A stretch of 60,000 nt of DNA from Lytechinus pictus (lineage: Eukaryota): NCBI RefSeq assembly GCF_037042905.1, contig NC_087245.1, forward strand, positions 20,276,001 to 20,336,000, read 5' to 3'. Of this stretch, positions 11,399-24,734 are shown one piece after another. The position numbers and the translations under genes are program-made. The number at the start of each line of letters is the position of its first letter. Position 1 is the stretch's first letter. The notes below the pieces were generated by a model that saw nothing but the letters and a program-made list of their open reading frames with translations, had not been told where the DNA came from and did not search any database.

Positions 11399-13859
11399 CT
11401 GGTCAAGTATAATGAACAAGCAAAATTGGTTGTTGACACATTGGTGTGCGCATAATCTTTTCTTAGGGACTAAAATACTACCAAGGAGGAGAAACAGCCG
11501 AGTTAGAATTTGTCTTCAACTTGAAGTAGAAAGATATGTTTATATTCTGGAGTGTTATTTTTTTGTTGAAATTATTCAGTGAAATATATGTTTTTGATAA
11601 TATCTAGGAGCGGGGAGAAAACGCACCCTTGTCGCCCTTCCTGCTGCATACGGCCATGGTCTGACATTTGGTATTGCAAGCGCATTTGCGTGAAATGGAT
11701 CCAACTTTATATCACTTAATCCATTCGCTAGTAAATGCAGGTATGTATTCATTTGTCAATATTGAGATATGTCTGGCTTTAGATTTCTTGTCTGTTGCGA
11801 TCAAATTACAATACCTCAAAAGCTTACGCCTACGTATGCAGCATCGATAAAACATCTTTGGAAGGATTCCTACCATGTTTTATGACGTCATCAGTCTATA
11901 TACACGTGCATGCCATAAGTTGAAGAAAGTAAGAAGATAGTTTTGAAATAAACAACTCTGTGAATTTTTAAGCCTGTTCATAGTGCGGAATTTCTCTGCT
12001 ATCCATTTATTTATTCATTAAATTATAATTATTCATATTCAGTGATCTATTTACTTCTTTATTAGTATAAAGGTTGCCAAACCTGCTGTCCGTGTATAAT
12101 TTCTCACACGTATATATCTTTGAAAAACTTACTATCAAAAAGTTCTTTGTAGGCCTAATTGTCGATATAATTCGAATTTATGGTTAATGTGTATTGTTTT
12201 GTTTGTAAACAAGAACCTGAGTTCACTTTCGTTGTGCGTTCATAATAGTAATAGTGCAGTCGCTTTCAATTTGAAGTTTCACAAAATTATGAATTCAATT
12301 TTTTGAGCCTCTACTAAGTGTACTCGTGTAACCTGCCATAATTGTTACAAAAATATTGTTGTTTCCATTGTAAACAACATACTTTTAATTTCAAAATCTT
12401 GTCGTGGCCAAGTGACGCATGCATACATTAAATGATCATAGATGTGGAGATTTTTCCACTATTATTTACAAGCACTAAAATTAAATTAGTCGTCACAGGG
12501 TCCCCGTTTAGCATCAATCTCCTCTCGCCCCTTTCTCGTTCACAAATCAAAATATTAATTTTCTATTCGTTGCCGACATTTACTTCAGAACTTTCAAAGG
12601 TTTGTCTCCATGGTGATTCTTCATTACACAATGACCCCCATTTTCACTCACACATTTAAAGGAAATGCAGTTCATTGATTACATTTTGAGAATCGTCTAT
12701 TCCGTATACATGCAAGAATAAATTGAAACTTGATTCGATTCAAAATCAAATGTAATGTGGTGGGGTATAAAAGTATTTAAATGTAGGCTACATTTCCGGA
12801 GACTTTGCAATCACGTCCCATAAATTATTATTTAAAAATGCACATGCATGTGTGAGTACGTTGAAGACCGACAACTATATACGGAAGTTGATTGGAGTTA
12901 ATATGGAGCAAAAGAAATGCATCAATCTTGGTGAAAAACATCCTTTCATCCTTTATGTTTTATGATAGTCCTCTCATACATCACCATGCTGGACAACAAA
13001 TGTAGGTGAAAACAATGTTGATTGTAAACGATGATCGTTATCGTGCATATTATAATGTATAGTTACGGCACGACCACAAACATACGCCAAAACATACATA
13101 AAAAGTATCTAGAAAATCTTAGTTTGCTCTTGTCGGACCGGATCTTTACTACGAAATTCACAAGTAAGGTTAGTGGTCGCTTTCCTTCTTAACTTTTAAT
13201 TCAAATAACAAGACTTTTCACGGTTTATTATTAACCGAATTAGTAAATCCGATGAAAAGCAATAACCCTTGTTATTCGTTTACTGTCCTCTCATCAATAT
13301 CATAGGACAAGAAAACAGGTGTATCAAACTAATTACTCAATTTAGGAATGAAAAATCACAACCTACATAGACCCTCGAAAGCACTCCGTCTCGGTAATTG
13401 GGGAAGATGAGTGTATTGTAAGCGATTAGGAGTTAATCTTCAACCGATAGATTATTAGGAAAGGATTGGTGAAAATACTTCGAGATGGACTAGGGAGAGG
13501 AACGATGGTTTTGTGAACTTTATGAGCCGACGAGGTCTGGAGGGATGGACAAGAAATGTTCCTGAATGAAAGAGGAGAATTGGGGAATTGACACCAGTTT
13601 GAGAAAAGAATCAGTTTGGAATAGCAAGCGAAATTTTTTTCGACATTTCATTTAATAAGAAATCAAAATTAAATACTCCAAGCAGTGTTTGTTACTATGA
13701 AAAAGTTCTGAATCTAACTAAAGAATTGAAATTTTTTAATATACCGACCAGAATAAGGGACCTGATAAGGACTGCATTTAGTGACTGATTAATACGATAC
13801 ATATCTCACCAATCAAAAAATTCCACCCTAAAAACTGGACATTCTAAGCAATTTTTGTA

Positions 13860-14074
13860 AACTAGAACAAAATGAGTGCTTATTAAGCAATAATTGATGC
13901 GAGCGCAAAGCGCGAGCCAAAAGAAATGTGATTTTCTAACCTAAAATGTATTATGTTTTAATCAAAAAAGGTATTTCTTTAGGGCACATTTTATTTTAAA
14001 AAGGCATTTTTCCTACGAGGAATTTGTAGGGGCAAGTGCCCCCTGCCCCCCCCCCCAGGTTCCCCCGCCCCTGT
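13860..14074. mobile_element. Right-hand fragment of a non-autonomous DNA element
   Basis: Internal GCGAGCGCAAAGCGCGAGC motif and a GC-rich terminus GGGGCAAGTGCCCCCTGCCCCCC...CCGCCCCTG. Left end not identified. Confidence 0.4.
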
Positions 14075-14846
14075 TCCACAGTAAAGATTAAAAAAAATCA
14101 GTATTGGAATCTGAAACAGTGTATATGGCAAATTAAGATCTACCTGTGGTTACGAATGGACCCTTTTTTTGCGTTTTCATCGAACTTGTAGAAATACATT
14201 ATTTTCTGAGAGTGAGGAGTTACGAGGGGCATTAGAAGTCGAAGTTCGGTATGAGATATGCTTTCTAGTATAATGTCAAAGGTATTATTTTGTTAGGGTA
14301 TGATCATGACGCGGATTAATTATTACATAATGATTAGTGAAATCGATAATCCCATTCAGACGTAGATAGTCGAACAGTGACGTATGTGTACTCCTCATAT
14401 TTCAAGACTTTTGTTTGTTCATTCCAGGATGGCGTTCGAGTACTTGAATAAGAACCAAAACAGATAACAAGGGCAATACCTTCAGAATAATCATTTTCGG
14501 TGGCAATGATATTCAGCAGTTCGAAGTTACCAGATTGAAAACAAAAATATCAACAATATTAAAATTACTAATTAATCCGCTGTAGTATTAATAACTAGCA
14601 AATAAGAACGATATACAGTGAAAAAACAATGAATATGAAAAGGTAGCTTGATACACATTTCATAATGTGAACGAAATAAAGTTATTTAAAGCGGTGGATT
14701 TAGTGACAGACCTATAGATTTTAAGACTGACGTCGCCAGTAATTTTGTTGTATAATATCTAGTACTTGAAAATTGGCGTTTCAAAGGCAACATTAAGGAG
14801 CTTTACTCCATGACGTACGGAGGATTCAGGGACGGAGTAAATGCAT

Positions 14847-15123
14847 TGTGGAGCGTTGTGGCCCAGTGGATTAGTCTTCTGACTTTGAAACAGAGGGTCG
14901 TGGGTTCGAAACCCAGCCATGGCGTAATTTCCTTCAGCAAGAAATATATCCACATTGTGCTGCACTCAACCCAGGTGAGGTGAATGGGTATCCGGCAGGA
15001 TTAATTCATTGAATGCATGAGCGCTGAAAGGCAGCTCGAGCTAAAGCCGGGGTAATAATAATAATAATAATAACATCGCACCTCGGAATAGAATATTTCT
15101 AGAAAGATGGCGCTATATAAACG
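14847..15123 (+). mobile_element. tRNA-derived SINE
   Basis: A box TGGCCCAGTGG (~14859) and B box GGTTCGAAACC (14903). Core ATCCACAT..CACTCAACCCAGGTG..AATGGGTA is shared with the other SINEs. Internal (TAA)n and 3' GGCGCTATATAAA. Confidence 0.88.
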
Positions 15124-15421
15124 GTTTTTATGAAAAATGACAAAGAACAACCAAGAAGCCTTGGTCGAAAAGTAATGAATCCCAAGTGCAGTTTCGTCCT
15201 CGGTTCAGAGCTGATGAAAAATTGCAAATGTATCCTTTATCCAGAATCATGGACTAATCTGCTGTTTTGATTTACAAATTTTCCGACAAAATCTTTTTTT
15301 TTTTTTTTTTTGTCATGACGGGCATTTGATAATACATGTACATATTATGTTCTGTTCAAGAATCCCGTGTACGTCGCTGAGCAGATATTCCCTGATCTCA
15401 TTCGCCACGGGCATATATATA

Positions 15422-17500
15422 CACAACAAAAAAAGTAAGTCCCCCCTTGAACAAACATCAATAATTTCCGAACCAATGCGAGTTTTTGATATATTTTTAC
15501 ACGAGTGTGTAGGTAATTTTATAAGCTACCCTATATGTAAATGTTATGGACGTATTTTACGTCATGCTTCAGTGAGCACCGTCAGAAGGCAAATATGTCA
15601 CTTTTCAAAAGTCACAAGCCAAAAATCATGACTTTGATTCCATTTTATTGGAACTGATTCCACATTCTCATCATGAAAAATAGTCAAAAGGCTTGTAAAA
15701 GGTACTTTTTAAAAGACGATACAATTTTTTGGGCTAAATTTCACGGTTGAATAAACACAAGTCCAAAGTTGCTATAATTGGATTTTTTACACATTTTCAT
15801 CAATAAAAATGATAGAATATGATGACAGTTATTTTTTGGAAGAGTATCTTCATCAATATTCATCGTTTCACGGTTCAATGAACATTTATTGAAAACAAAA
15901 AATACGATTTTCAAATATCATAGGCAAGTATTGTTTAATTTTGGTAACTGAAACTGATCTTTTATCAACTTTTTCGTTATGTTCATGACCAATTAACATG
16001 CTTCAATGATTCAAAGGCGTTTGATTAAACATTCACGCTTGAATGAACATGTTGAATGTGATTAGCTCTTTTTTACGTTATTGGAAAAAATGCAATTTGT
16101 AACTATGGATATCTGTCACAAACTTCCGTGCATGGTTCATTTGATTTGATTTTTATGAAAATCCCGATGTTTAATGCATCAGTGAGCACACAATATTCGA
16201 AAATTATGCAAATGAGATGAAAGTTCAAGGCCTTGGCCCCACTCTGTGCCGCATCGAATTGTTATTTTGGTTTGCGAGCCTTTTGGATAGTGTTACTCTG
16301 AAGCCATGTGCGAAGTTTCATGAAATAACTGTTGGCAGAAGTAACAAAAACCGTCCATGAAACAAACCCCTTATTTCATATTTGTTAAATTTTGACTTCC
16401 TCTCTCATAGACTTGTGTACATTATGGGTGCATATGTTTAAGAATTAGTAACCCCTTATTCAATATGGTGGAACTTTTTTTCAAGGCTGTCTACAGCAAT
16501 GTCATTTGGCAGTAATGTTTATCAACCTATGGGCAGAATTCTGTGCAAAAATGAAATCGAGTTGTTTATTTACGGATGAGTGAGCACGCATCAAAGTGAG
16601 AAAATTGGTATTTTCAATGTCACAGACTCATTTTAAAGAGTAATAAGGTGAATATTGGGGGCAAATTCGGTTTCAAATGTGACTTTAATTGCTGTTGTTT
16701 TTATCATCCATCATTTCTATCACCACACACTTACCGAACTTAACATTTTCATGGTTGAGCGAGCACATTCGAAAACTTAGGAATGAATACTCTTCATACT
16801 GCATAAATGCATTATTTTCCTAACAATTTCTCATGATCAGTTTAATTTATGGACAAATCAGTGGTGGATCCAGAATTAAAAAATGGGGGATGGGCCTATA
16901 AACGGGGGAGCCACCAACATTTTCAAATTTTAATATGACCTAACAAGTTGTAGAGGATACTACCAAAAAACCCCATGATGATACGTCACAATACAGGGGC
17001 CGCGGAACGGTTTTCAAAGTGTGGGGAAGGGGCTGAGCCAAAAGTGGGGGGGGGGGCTGACCATGCAAAAAATCACAATCTATGGTCATTTTTACATTTT
17101 TGTACATGATTTTGGAAAAAGGTGGCCCCCCGCACCCCCGCTTCCGCGGCCCCTGCGATATTGTGCTCACTCAACCATGAACATACGATATCAAAATTGT
17201 GTGTGGAGTGGCTAAATGATGGATAGCAAAACAGCATAACACCATAAAATTCACCTAAAAACAACTTTTGCCCAACTTTGTATTTGCACAATATGAAAAA
17301 CGACTCTTGTGACTTTCAAAAATTGTCATTTTTAATTCAATCTTTAATTAATCATGCATGACTCAACCGATCAATCTCATTTTTCCCCAGGAGTTGCTTA
17401 ATGAGTGTAGAAAACCACCTACGAAATATCATATCTCAAAATAACTCCGTTCAAAAGTTACAGCAATTTGATTTAGGGGGAACTTACTTTTTTTGTTGTG
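15422..17500. mobile_element. Non-autonomous TIR element with CAC...GTG termini (EnSpm/CMC-like), ~2.08 kb, with nested insertions
   Basis: Ends CACAACAAAAAAAGTAAGTCCCCCC and GGGGGAACTTACTTTTTTTGTTGTG, with TA on both sides. No long ORF. Confidence 0.85.
16994..17155. mobile_element. 162-bp GC-rich MITE nested in the 15422-17500 element
   Basis: Perfect 14-bp TIR CAGGGGCCGCGGAA / TTCCGCGGCCCCTG. Flanks CAATA and CGATA may be a 5-bp TSD with one mismatch. Confidence 0.85.
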
Positions 17501-18909
17501 TATAGATTTAATAGGAAAATAGGGATAATCCATTTAATTAAATCTTTGCCAAATCCATTGTTGCTATAGGCATAAATTAAATTCACGGTATGAACACAAG
17601 ATTGTCTTAAAATGTAAAGTAATGATTTCAAGTCCTTAACGTGAATAATTTATTTTCTTGTTAGGTATTGTATAAATGATAGCTTTTCGCGCAGGTTGTG
17701 CTATTTTGAATTGTTTCCTTTAAAACATTCAATTTTCTATTAATTAATTTCTTAGGTTTATTATTTCCATAGTCAAATATTTATATATATTTTAAAATCT
17801 TTTTATTCATAGTATTCTCTTTGTATTTCATATACTACGAATCGTACTCTTGAATTGGTCAAAAGTCAATCGTGTGATAAAGTATAGTTTCCCAATCAAT
17901 CATTCATCGCGTTAATAGCATAGGGTATGTTATAACACAATATCAAAATCCTTTTGAGTACGCGCGAAATAAAAGAGCATTGCAACTGGGGTTGCATTTT
18001 GTTCATCATTATTTTCTTTTCTATCAAATTGAGTGATAGTAAAATAAATGATGTCGAAATACCTCGGTTAAGAAAAATCTCACGAGCATTTATTGCCCCT
18101 CGATTTTTTGTTGCATTTTTCCCCAAAAAGGGCCACAGAATGGATCCCAAGAGACAGGAAAAGATCGAAAGGGAGACAAAAACGTCGTTGCCGTGAAGTG
18201 TTACTCCATCATCAGAGACGGTGAAAGTCCTACGTGACGTCACAATTGCCTTCTTCATGTAAACCTGAGCGCAAAATTTAAATACGTGATAAAACAAGCA
18301 TCGACTCTCGAGAGCGCATTTCTATACGAAACTTGGACTTACATACTATTAAGTAACATTCTCTTTAGAGATTCTTTAGATGACGTAGACGAAAAAGCAA
18401 AGAGTTTGGGTACGTGTACATGTCAATTCCTTTTACTGATAACGTATAACTCTGATAGATCGACTGAATACAAATTCAGTTCAACGAAGATTAGATTACA
18501 GACTGGTCACAAAACAATTACATGAATTAAGCTATAAAGCTTTTTCACTTTCATTTTCAAACCGTTGCAACCTTTTCTCACGATTGTTTCACTCGTCTTC
18601 ATTACAAAGACGATATATCAATTTCCCAGAGGATATCAACACATTATAGATCCTTCACCAGCGATGCCGACTATACATGTATAATAATTGAATGCAAATA
18701 TAACGCATTAACAAAACCTGAAATGTCTTACACATATTGTAGCTTAAAGAGTCATATATATATATATATATGAGCACCTGTGGTTTTGGCCGGGGAGACC
18801 GACCAAAAAGCAAAACTCTATCTTGTTTAGTCCTGTGGTGCAGAGAAAAGAGAAAATAGGTGTAAACTTTTAGTAGCATTTGGTCCCAGTTTAAGTTTGT
18901 TCAAGTATA

Positions 18910-20164
18910 CAGTGCGTATCAAAAAAACGGGACAGTTTTGAAAAGTCTATAAAAAATTTGTTTCAAATCATGATATCTATATTTCGATGTTAATAGATGC
19001 TCTGAAATCTTATCTTTGAAATGCAATTTAAAAAAATAAATTTTGTTCATGCTTGAGCGAACACGAGACGTTTTTGTCGGGGGTTCAAAAAGAGGCTTGC
19101 GCCAGAATGGCAGAATATGAGTAATATGATGATCAGACTTCTTGCTAATCAGCGGACTTCCTCTTAACATTTTCATTATCTGTGCCATAATTTTTCAATT
19201 ATGCTGTCAAATTTTATTTACAAATTTATTTATGTACTTGAATAATTTTGTTTTTTTTCATTTAAACTTCTTATACCTTTGAATTTTCCTTCATAAGTAA
19301 GAAAAGAAGACTTTTTGTCAACCCAAGCAAGAAGATTTGCATTATTATTTGGGAAAACTTGTAATTATTCAAATCCTTTTATTACGTGAAACAAATTATG
19401 TTATGGTACCTTTAAAAGACATGACTCCATTTTTCAAGGAGGTATTGAATCCTTGACCAAGTTTAATTATATGCTTGACTGGACAAACAGGAAGCACTAG
19501 CGTGCCTATGGCAGATCGGGTAAAATGTATTAAAAAGTTGTGAGCGAGCAAAGCGAGCAAGCACAAATTCCCACTTTCTTATTACAATATCCAATTTTAT
19601 GACAGATCTTTTCCACTTTTTTCTTGGTCATGATTTTGTTTTATTGAGGGGGGGGGGGAGCATCCCCGAGCCCCAATCATCTGTATGGCACTGTTTAAAA
19701 GGCACCATAACCTTTGTAGCACACAATGAAAGGATTTGAAAAAAATACACGCTCTCCCATTCTTCGGTTGAATGTTTTTGCTTGAAGAAGGAATATTCAA
19801 AGCTAAAAGAGAACATATTAAAAAGACACAACAACAGAACAATTAAAGCAAATACAAAGATTTGAAAATGAATTTTGACCGCTATGGCAAAGATAATGAA
19901 AGGGTTAAGAGGAAGTCTGCTGATTAGCAGAGAGGCCGATCATCATATTTATCATTTTATGTCATTTTGGCGCAAGCCTCCTTTTTAACCTCAGACAAAA
20001 ACATTCCGTGTTCGCTCAAGCATGAACAAAACTAAATTTTGTTAATAGCATTTGAAAGATAAGACTTCAGAGCACCTATTAACACCAAAATATAGACATC
20101 ATAATTTGAAACAAAAATTTTATGGACTTTTCAAATCTGTCCCGTTTTTTTTCTATACGCACTG
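18910..20164. mobile_element. Non-autonomous Tc1/mariner-like element with long (~290 bp) imperfect TIRs
   Basis: Ends CAGTGCGTATCAAAAAAACGGGACAG and CTGTCCCGTTTTTTTTCTATACGCACTG, with TA flanks. Inverted similarity extends through about 18910-19200 versus 19870-20164. Confidence 0.9.
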
Positions 20165-20224
20165 TATAGGCTTCTTAGATAACAATGACATAAATTTATC
20201 TGAGTATGAAAATGTATTACATCA

Positions 20225-21020
20225 TTTAAAATACATACTCACTTCACTCTCTAACCCCACCAATTTATGACACAAACACAAACCCGCCAACAATGCACAT
20301 TTCCTTTACTCTGTAAAACACTAATATAACGCACTCACCCACCTACCCATCCATCCAAATCGCCCACTTACCTGTATAAAATACAACCTCCTCCTCACTC
20401 TAAGCAATCAACCCACTCATCCAGGCACTCTTATTCACAAATAAAACCAGCCCACACACACTTAGACGCCAATAATGCACCGAACACACTCATGTACACA
20501 GATACATACTCCCAGTTTACACACACTCTCACTCTATAAGACGCCAACCCACACACCCAATACACAAAAACATCCATCCATTTTACATCTTCCATTCTTA
20601 TATAACAATTAATTTCAAATACATAATCTTTTAAAGAAGCTGAACCACCTTACGTCAACCCACACATTTCATACAAACCCACAAATGAACACACACACCC
20701 ACTATAATACAGGCACCCACACACTGTTAGACACCAACCCCCACCTCAATGACACAACCTAGGCTATTATAGGCTAATATGTACACAATTACACCCAGCA
20801 CACTCTAAGACTTCAGGCAACTTAATAAAAAAAACTCTCATGAAAACCCACCCACACACACACACCTACTGTAAACCACACAACAAACCCACCCTCATGA
20901 CACCGGGTACACAAACACACCCACACACAGATAACTCACCGATCCACCCACCTACAAATCTCATGCACATAATTGCACTGACACTCCAAGACAGCAGTTC
21001 TCATATGCATCAACTCATCT
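20225..21020. repeat. Degenerate CA-rich low-complexity region (resumes at about 21538-21660)
   Basis: Strong C+A skew with CACAC/ACCCAC motifs. Confidence 0.7.
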
Positions 21021-21330
21021 AGTGAGCTTGCGATAAACACTTTTTTCCGGCAAAGAATGGGAAGCACACAGAAATGAAGACGAAAAAGGGCAAGAAAAAG
21101 ACAGAAGGAAATGTGAAATGATTGCAAAGGAAAGAAAATAAGGAGAAAAGATAAAAAAAAAAAGAACAGAAAGGGGGGAAAAGGGTAGCCCTACCTCACC
21201 CCCGTAATCCAGATTGAGTTTGTTGTTTTGTTTTGTCTTGTTTTATTTTTCGATTATGCCAGCCAAAATATCAAAAAGTCTCTCGTAAACAATACAAGCA
21301 GTGCTACCCTTCACTCAACACATGAATGTA

Positions 21331-21535
21331 CACTCTAAAAATGAAATGTTAAATCAACATTTAAAAGGTTACAGGAGTGACAACCTTTTTGTAAATGTTG
21401 CATTTACCACTTTAAATGGTGCGATCCACTGCTTAAACATTAGATTCAGTTTATGCAATGTTGGATGTAACATTAAGGAAAGGTTGTCACTCCTCCAACC
21501 TTTCGATTGCTGAATTATTGTTCAATTTTTGAGTG
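21331..21535. mobile_element. 205-bp MITE with CAC...GTG termini
   Basis: TA-CACTCTAAAAATGAA and TTCAATTTTTGAGTG-TA. Internal inverted AGGAGTGACAACCTTT / AAAGGTTGTCACTCCT. Confidence 0.82.
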
Positions 21536-22280
21536 TACCACCCACCCACCCACCCATCTATTCACCCACCATCAGACACTTATTTACACTCAAATGCAAC
21601 AACCAAACTTATACCCTAACACCTGTAGGTCTATATTTTGACCTACAACCCCACACACCAAACTACTGGTTAAGTATTATTTTTCTGTTTTTCTGAACCC
21701 CGTCTCATCTCATCATGTCTTTATTATACCATCCATTAAAAACGAAAAGCTTTTGAATGGCCCACTTAGACGAAGGGATGAAGTAAATCCTTTCCATAAT
21801 GTTTTCTTTATGAGTTCTTGAATAAATTAAAACGCTATCATTTTCCCTGGAGAGAGCTGGCTCCTCCTGATCTCAATATTTCTAGCGTTTATACTCAGAC
21901 TTATATGAAACAAGGAAAAGGAACAAAATAATTTACCTGGAGTGAATAGAATGTTAATACACAATGGGACTGTTTCACGAAGAGTAAAATGTGACTTATA
22001 CTCAGACATTACAACGACTGGCGATACGTCTTAATATCAGTCGCTTGTGGCGATCGATGGCATGTTTAAACGCTCCTCTACAATCAGTGGCGATTGATCG
22101 CCACTCGTAATCAAGTCGCAACGACGTCGAATGGCATATTACCATGTTACTCGTGATAACCGGAATGAGCTAAGATCGCTCGTATTACGACTCTATTACG
22201 AGCCTCGTAATACAGTCTGATATTCTTAAGGAGTGTTACACAGTAGTTACACATCGTAAGTGGTGATAACATGGGAAATA

Positions 22281-22622
22281 TGTGGAAGAGCCGTGGTGTA
22301 GTGGTTCTGACTCTCGCCTTGTAAACAGAGGGTTGTGTGTTTCCAATCCCACCGCGGTCTAGCGTCCTTTGGCAAGGCGTTAATCCACACTTTGCCACTC
22401 TCGACCCAGGTGCTAAATGGGTACCCGGTAGGATGCGAAAGATATTGTATGTTTGAATTTGCCAGCGCCATAATGAGGCTGCGATGAATGCAAGGAATGC
22501 TCCCCAGGGAGTGGAAATTGTGCACTTTTCGTGCGGGATTGAAATGAATCCAATGACCGGGATAATAATATGCTGTATCGCGCTTTGGGCCATTCTGGGA
22601 AAAGCGCTTTATAAAAATTGGC

Positions 22623-22653
<31 letters not shown>

Positions 22654-22657
22654 GTTA
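22281..22657 (+). mobile_element. tRNA-derived SINE, same head family as 549-858
   Basis: TGTGGAAGAGCCGTGGTGTAGTGG head, degraded B box, core CTCGACCCAGGTGCTAAATGGGTACCCGGTAGG, then AAAGCGCTTTATAAAAATTGGC and a (TTA)n tail. Confidence 0.9.
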
Positions 22658-22677
22658 TGTGTTACCGATCTCCACTG

Positions 22678-22930
22678 CTAACCGTGGCCGAGCTGTCTAA
22701 GGTGCCTGACTAAACATTTCAAAGTCCGGGGATCGATCCCCGGCCACGGCACCTATGCCCGTGAGTAAGGCATTCAATCGACAGTGCTTTTTTTTAAATC
22801 CTGTATTCAAATAAAAGGAAATGCAACATGCATTCTTGTTAACTCTGTGTGCACTTATTGTGACTTCAACACAAATTTATATTTAAATAGCCAACGCGCA
22901 GAATGATCTAGTAACTGAATGTGATATTTT
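22678..22930 (+). mobile_element. Older tRNA-derived SINE of a different family
   Basis: A-box-like TGGCCGAGCTG, B-box-like GGATCGATCCC, and stem CCGTGGCCG...CGGCCACGG. Bracketed by the direct repeat TTATGTGTTACC (~22654 and ~22930). The 3' boundary is uncertain. Confidence 0.65.
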
Positions 22931-23726
22931 TATGTGTTACCAACTCCCAACTGGGAGTTTTAGAATACCATTAAATTATTCATACATAAATAATTGTGAA
23001 ATACTTTGAAATTGAAAACTAATATCCTTGATATTTCTTTCTTTATTTGTTTTGTTTTATTTTTCTAGTTTGAGTTTAGGAGGGAACGTGCTTTTCTATG
23101 AATTCTTGATTGTTGGCGAGGTCATTTTAGGTTTGTTCATGGAGTGTGTCTTATCTTATGTAGAATCTCTAATGGTGGGGTAGTGCACTCAGGCAATTTA
23201 AACTACATTATTATTCCATTACGTTCCCCCGTGACAATGCGTCTTAAGAGGTGTGTTTTATTCATCATGGTCATTGTTTTATCAATTCTTGACCCAGTTT
23301 AGTGAATGGTCATTATTTAATAAGTAGCCATTGGAGAATACAGCTATAAAAGATGAACTTTTCGCCGAAACGTTTCCTTACCTTGTCAATAGATGCGTCT
23401 TATGAGAGGCTAAATAATGAGATGTTTTTTTTTGCAAAATTACACATTAACACATGAGAGCACGCAAGATACCCCACCCCTAACCCCCACCAAACAAACA
23501 AAACAAAGAGAATCAAGTAAAGAAGATTATATTATGTTTCCTTATTTTCTACTTCCCAAGAGACCACTTCCCATCCCAGCATAATAGTAAACAAAACGAA
23601 GAAAACTTCAGTAAACTTTAAATTCAAATTAGATTATTAACATTGGTATGATTTCTGATTTAATTTTCTTTTAGCTTGTCTTCAAAACACCCCTATACAT
23701 CATTGTAAACGCACCGCAAAGAACAG

Positions 23727-23806
23727 GTGCCCGTTTCATAAAGAGTTACAACTGTTGTAACTTTGCCATTATGGCAACTACCATGGTATCCTTGATTTTG
23801 ATCGCC
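23727..23806. mobile_element. Left part of a Harbinger-like MITE, interrupted by the tandem array
   Basis: CAG followed by GTGCCCGTTTCATAAAG is the same terminal motif as the 11228-11398 MITE. The sequence breaks off at TA-CAGGTG and no right arm is in the window. Confidence 0.65.
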
Positions 23807-23808
23807 TA

Positions 23809-24277
23809 CAGGTGTCACGCGCGTAAAACATTCCCCATAGACTTGTGTGTTAAGATGGCACTTTTGAAAAATTCATAAAAAATAAATGTGAAATTAGAGG
23901 GTGGAATGTTTACTACCAATGGATAGGATATATATCTGACATTCCAAATCTGACCAGGAAAGGGTACCGTAGCCAGCTCATTTTAAAAATAAATCGCCAT
24001 TTATGAAGATAACTATGAATCGATCGAATTCTTCAACTGAAACAGTAAAATAGCCCTAATTATTCCGCCAGTCAAAAAATAGTTCCAAGTCACTTATTTA
24101 TCTTCCCAATTTGGGCGAAGTAAGTTCAGTAGTTACCATTTCTAGAATCAGTGTTAGATTTTGAATCACATTCATACATTTTTGTCAATCAGCAATATCA
24201 AATTGACAAAAATTCGAATGGGTTGGGTCGAACGAATATCTTTAGCCCTCCTGATGTAATTAGGCTCGTGGAACCTA
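23809..24277. mobile_element. 469-bp TA-flanked non-autonomous TIR element (first copy; present in every array unit except one)
   Basis: Left end CAGGTGTCACGCGCGTAA matches the reverse complement of the right end, TAGGTTCCACGAGCCTAA, at 13/18. Internal inverted pair ATTCCAAATCTGAC / GTTAGATTTTGAAT. TA on both sides. Exactly these 469 bp are missing at 51456/51457. Confidence 0.8.
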
Positions 24278-24699
24278 TATTATATGACATATGTATTTTT
24301 TTTTTTTGAATAGCTACTTTGCTATTCTTTTATATCTGTACACTCACACTAGCACAAAGAAATGCATTGAAAATGCCTATTTTCTATGCAATGACCCATT
24401 TTAATGTGTTACCCATACATGTTATTTTCACTATATATGGATGTATACAAATTCTACCTGCATAGAGCCCAACAGTGAATGCAATGACAATATAGGTCCC
24501 TGTCAATTGTAATATAAAGGTGTATGTAAATTCTGTGTAGATATCAGGATACCAGAACTGCCCCAAACATATATACATGAGATTGGATGAGGAAACAATA
24601 AAAGAATGAGATACTACTTTATTATATTTGCATTTGACCTATTCAAAATCTTCCTAGGGCTGTTGCCTCTCAAATGTAAGAAGGATAATATATACATAA

Positions 24700-24703
<4 letters not shown>

Positions 24704-24730
<27 letters not shown>
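24704..24730. repeat. (GA)n microsatellite within each array unit (first copy)
   Basis: About 13 AG dinucleotides, repeated in all units. Confidence 0.95.

Positions 24731-24734
<4 letters not shown>

Noticed and set aside
13390..13790. Very old LINE RT remnant on the minus strand (LLIAYNTLIFP resembles LITLYHSIIFP)
   Set aside because: Only one short motif with stops around it, too weak to call without an alignment.
14847..14925. Functional tRNA genes at the SINE heads (also ~780-858, 22281-22360, 22680-22750)
   Set aside because: A/B boxes are present but run into SINE bodies and tails, and the cloverleaves are imperfect.
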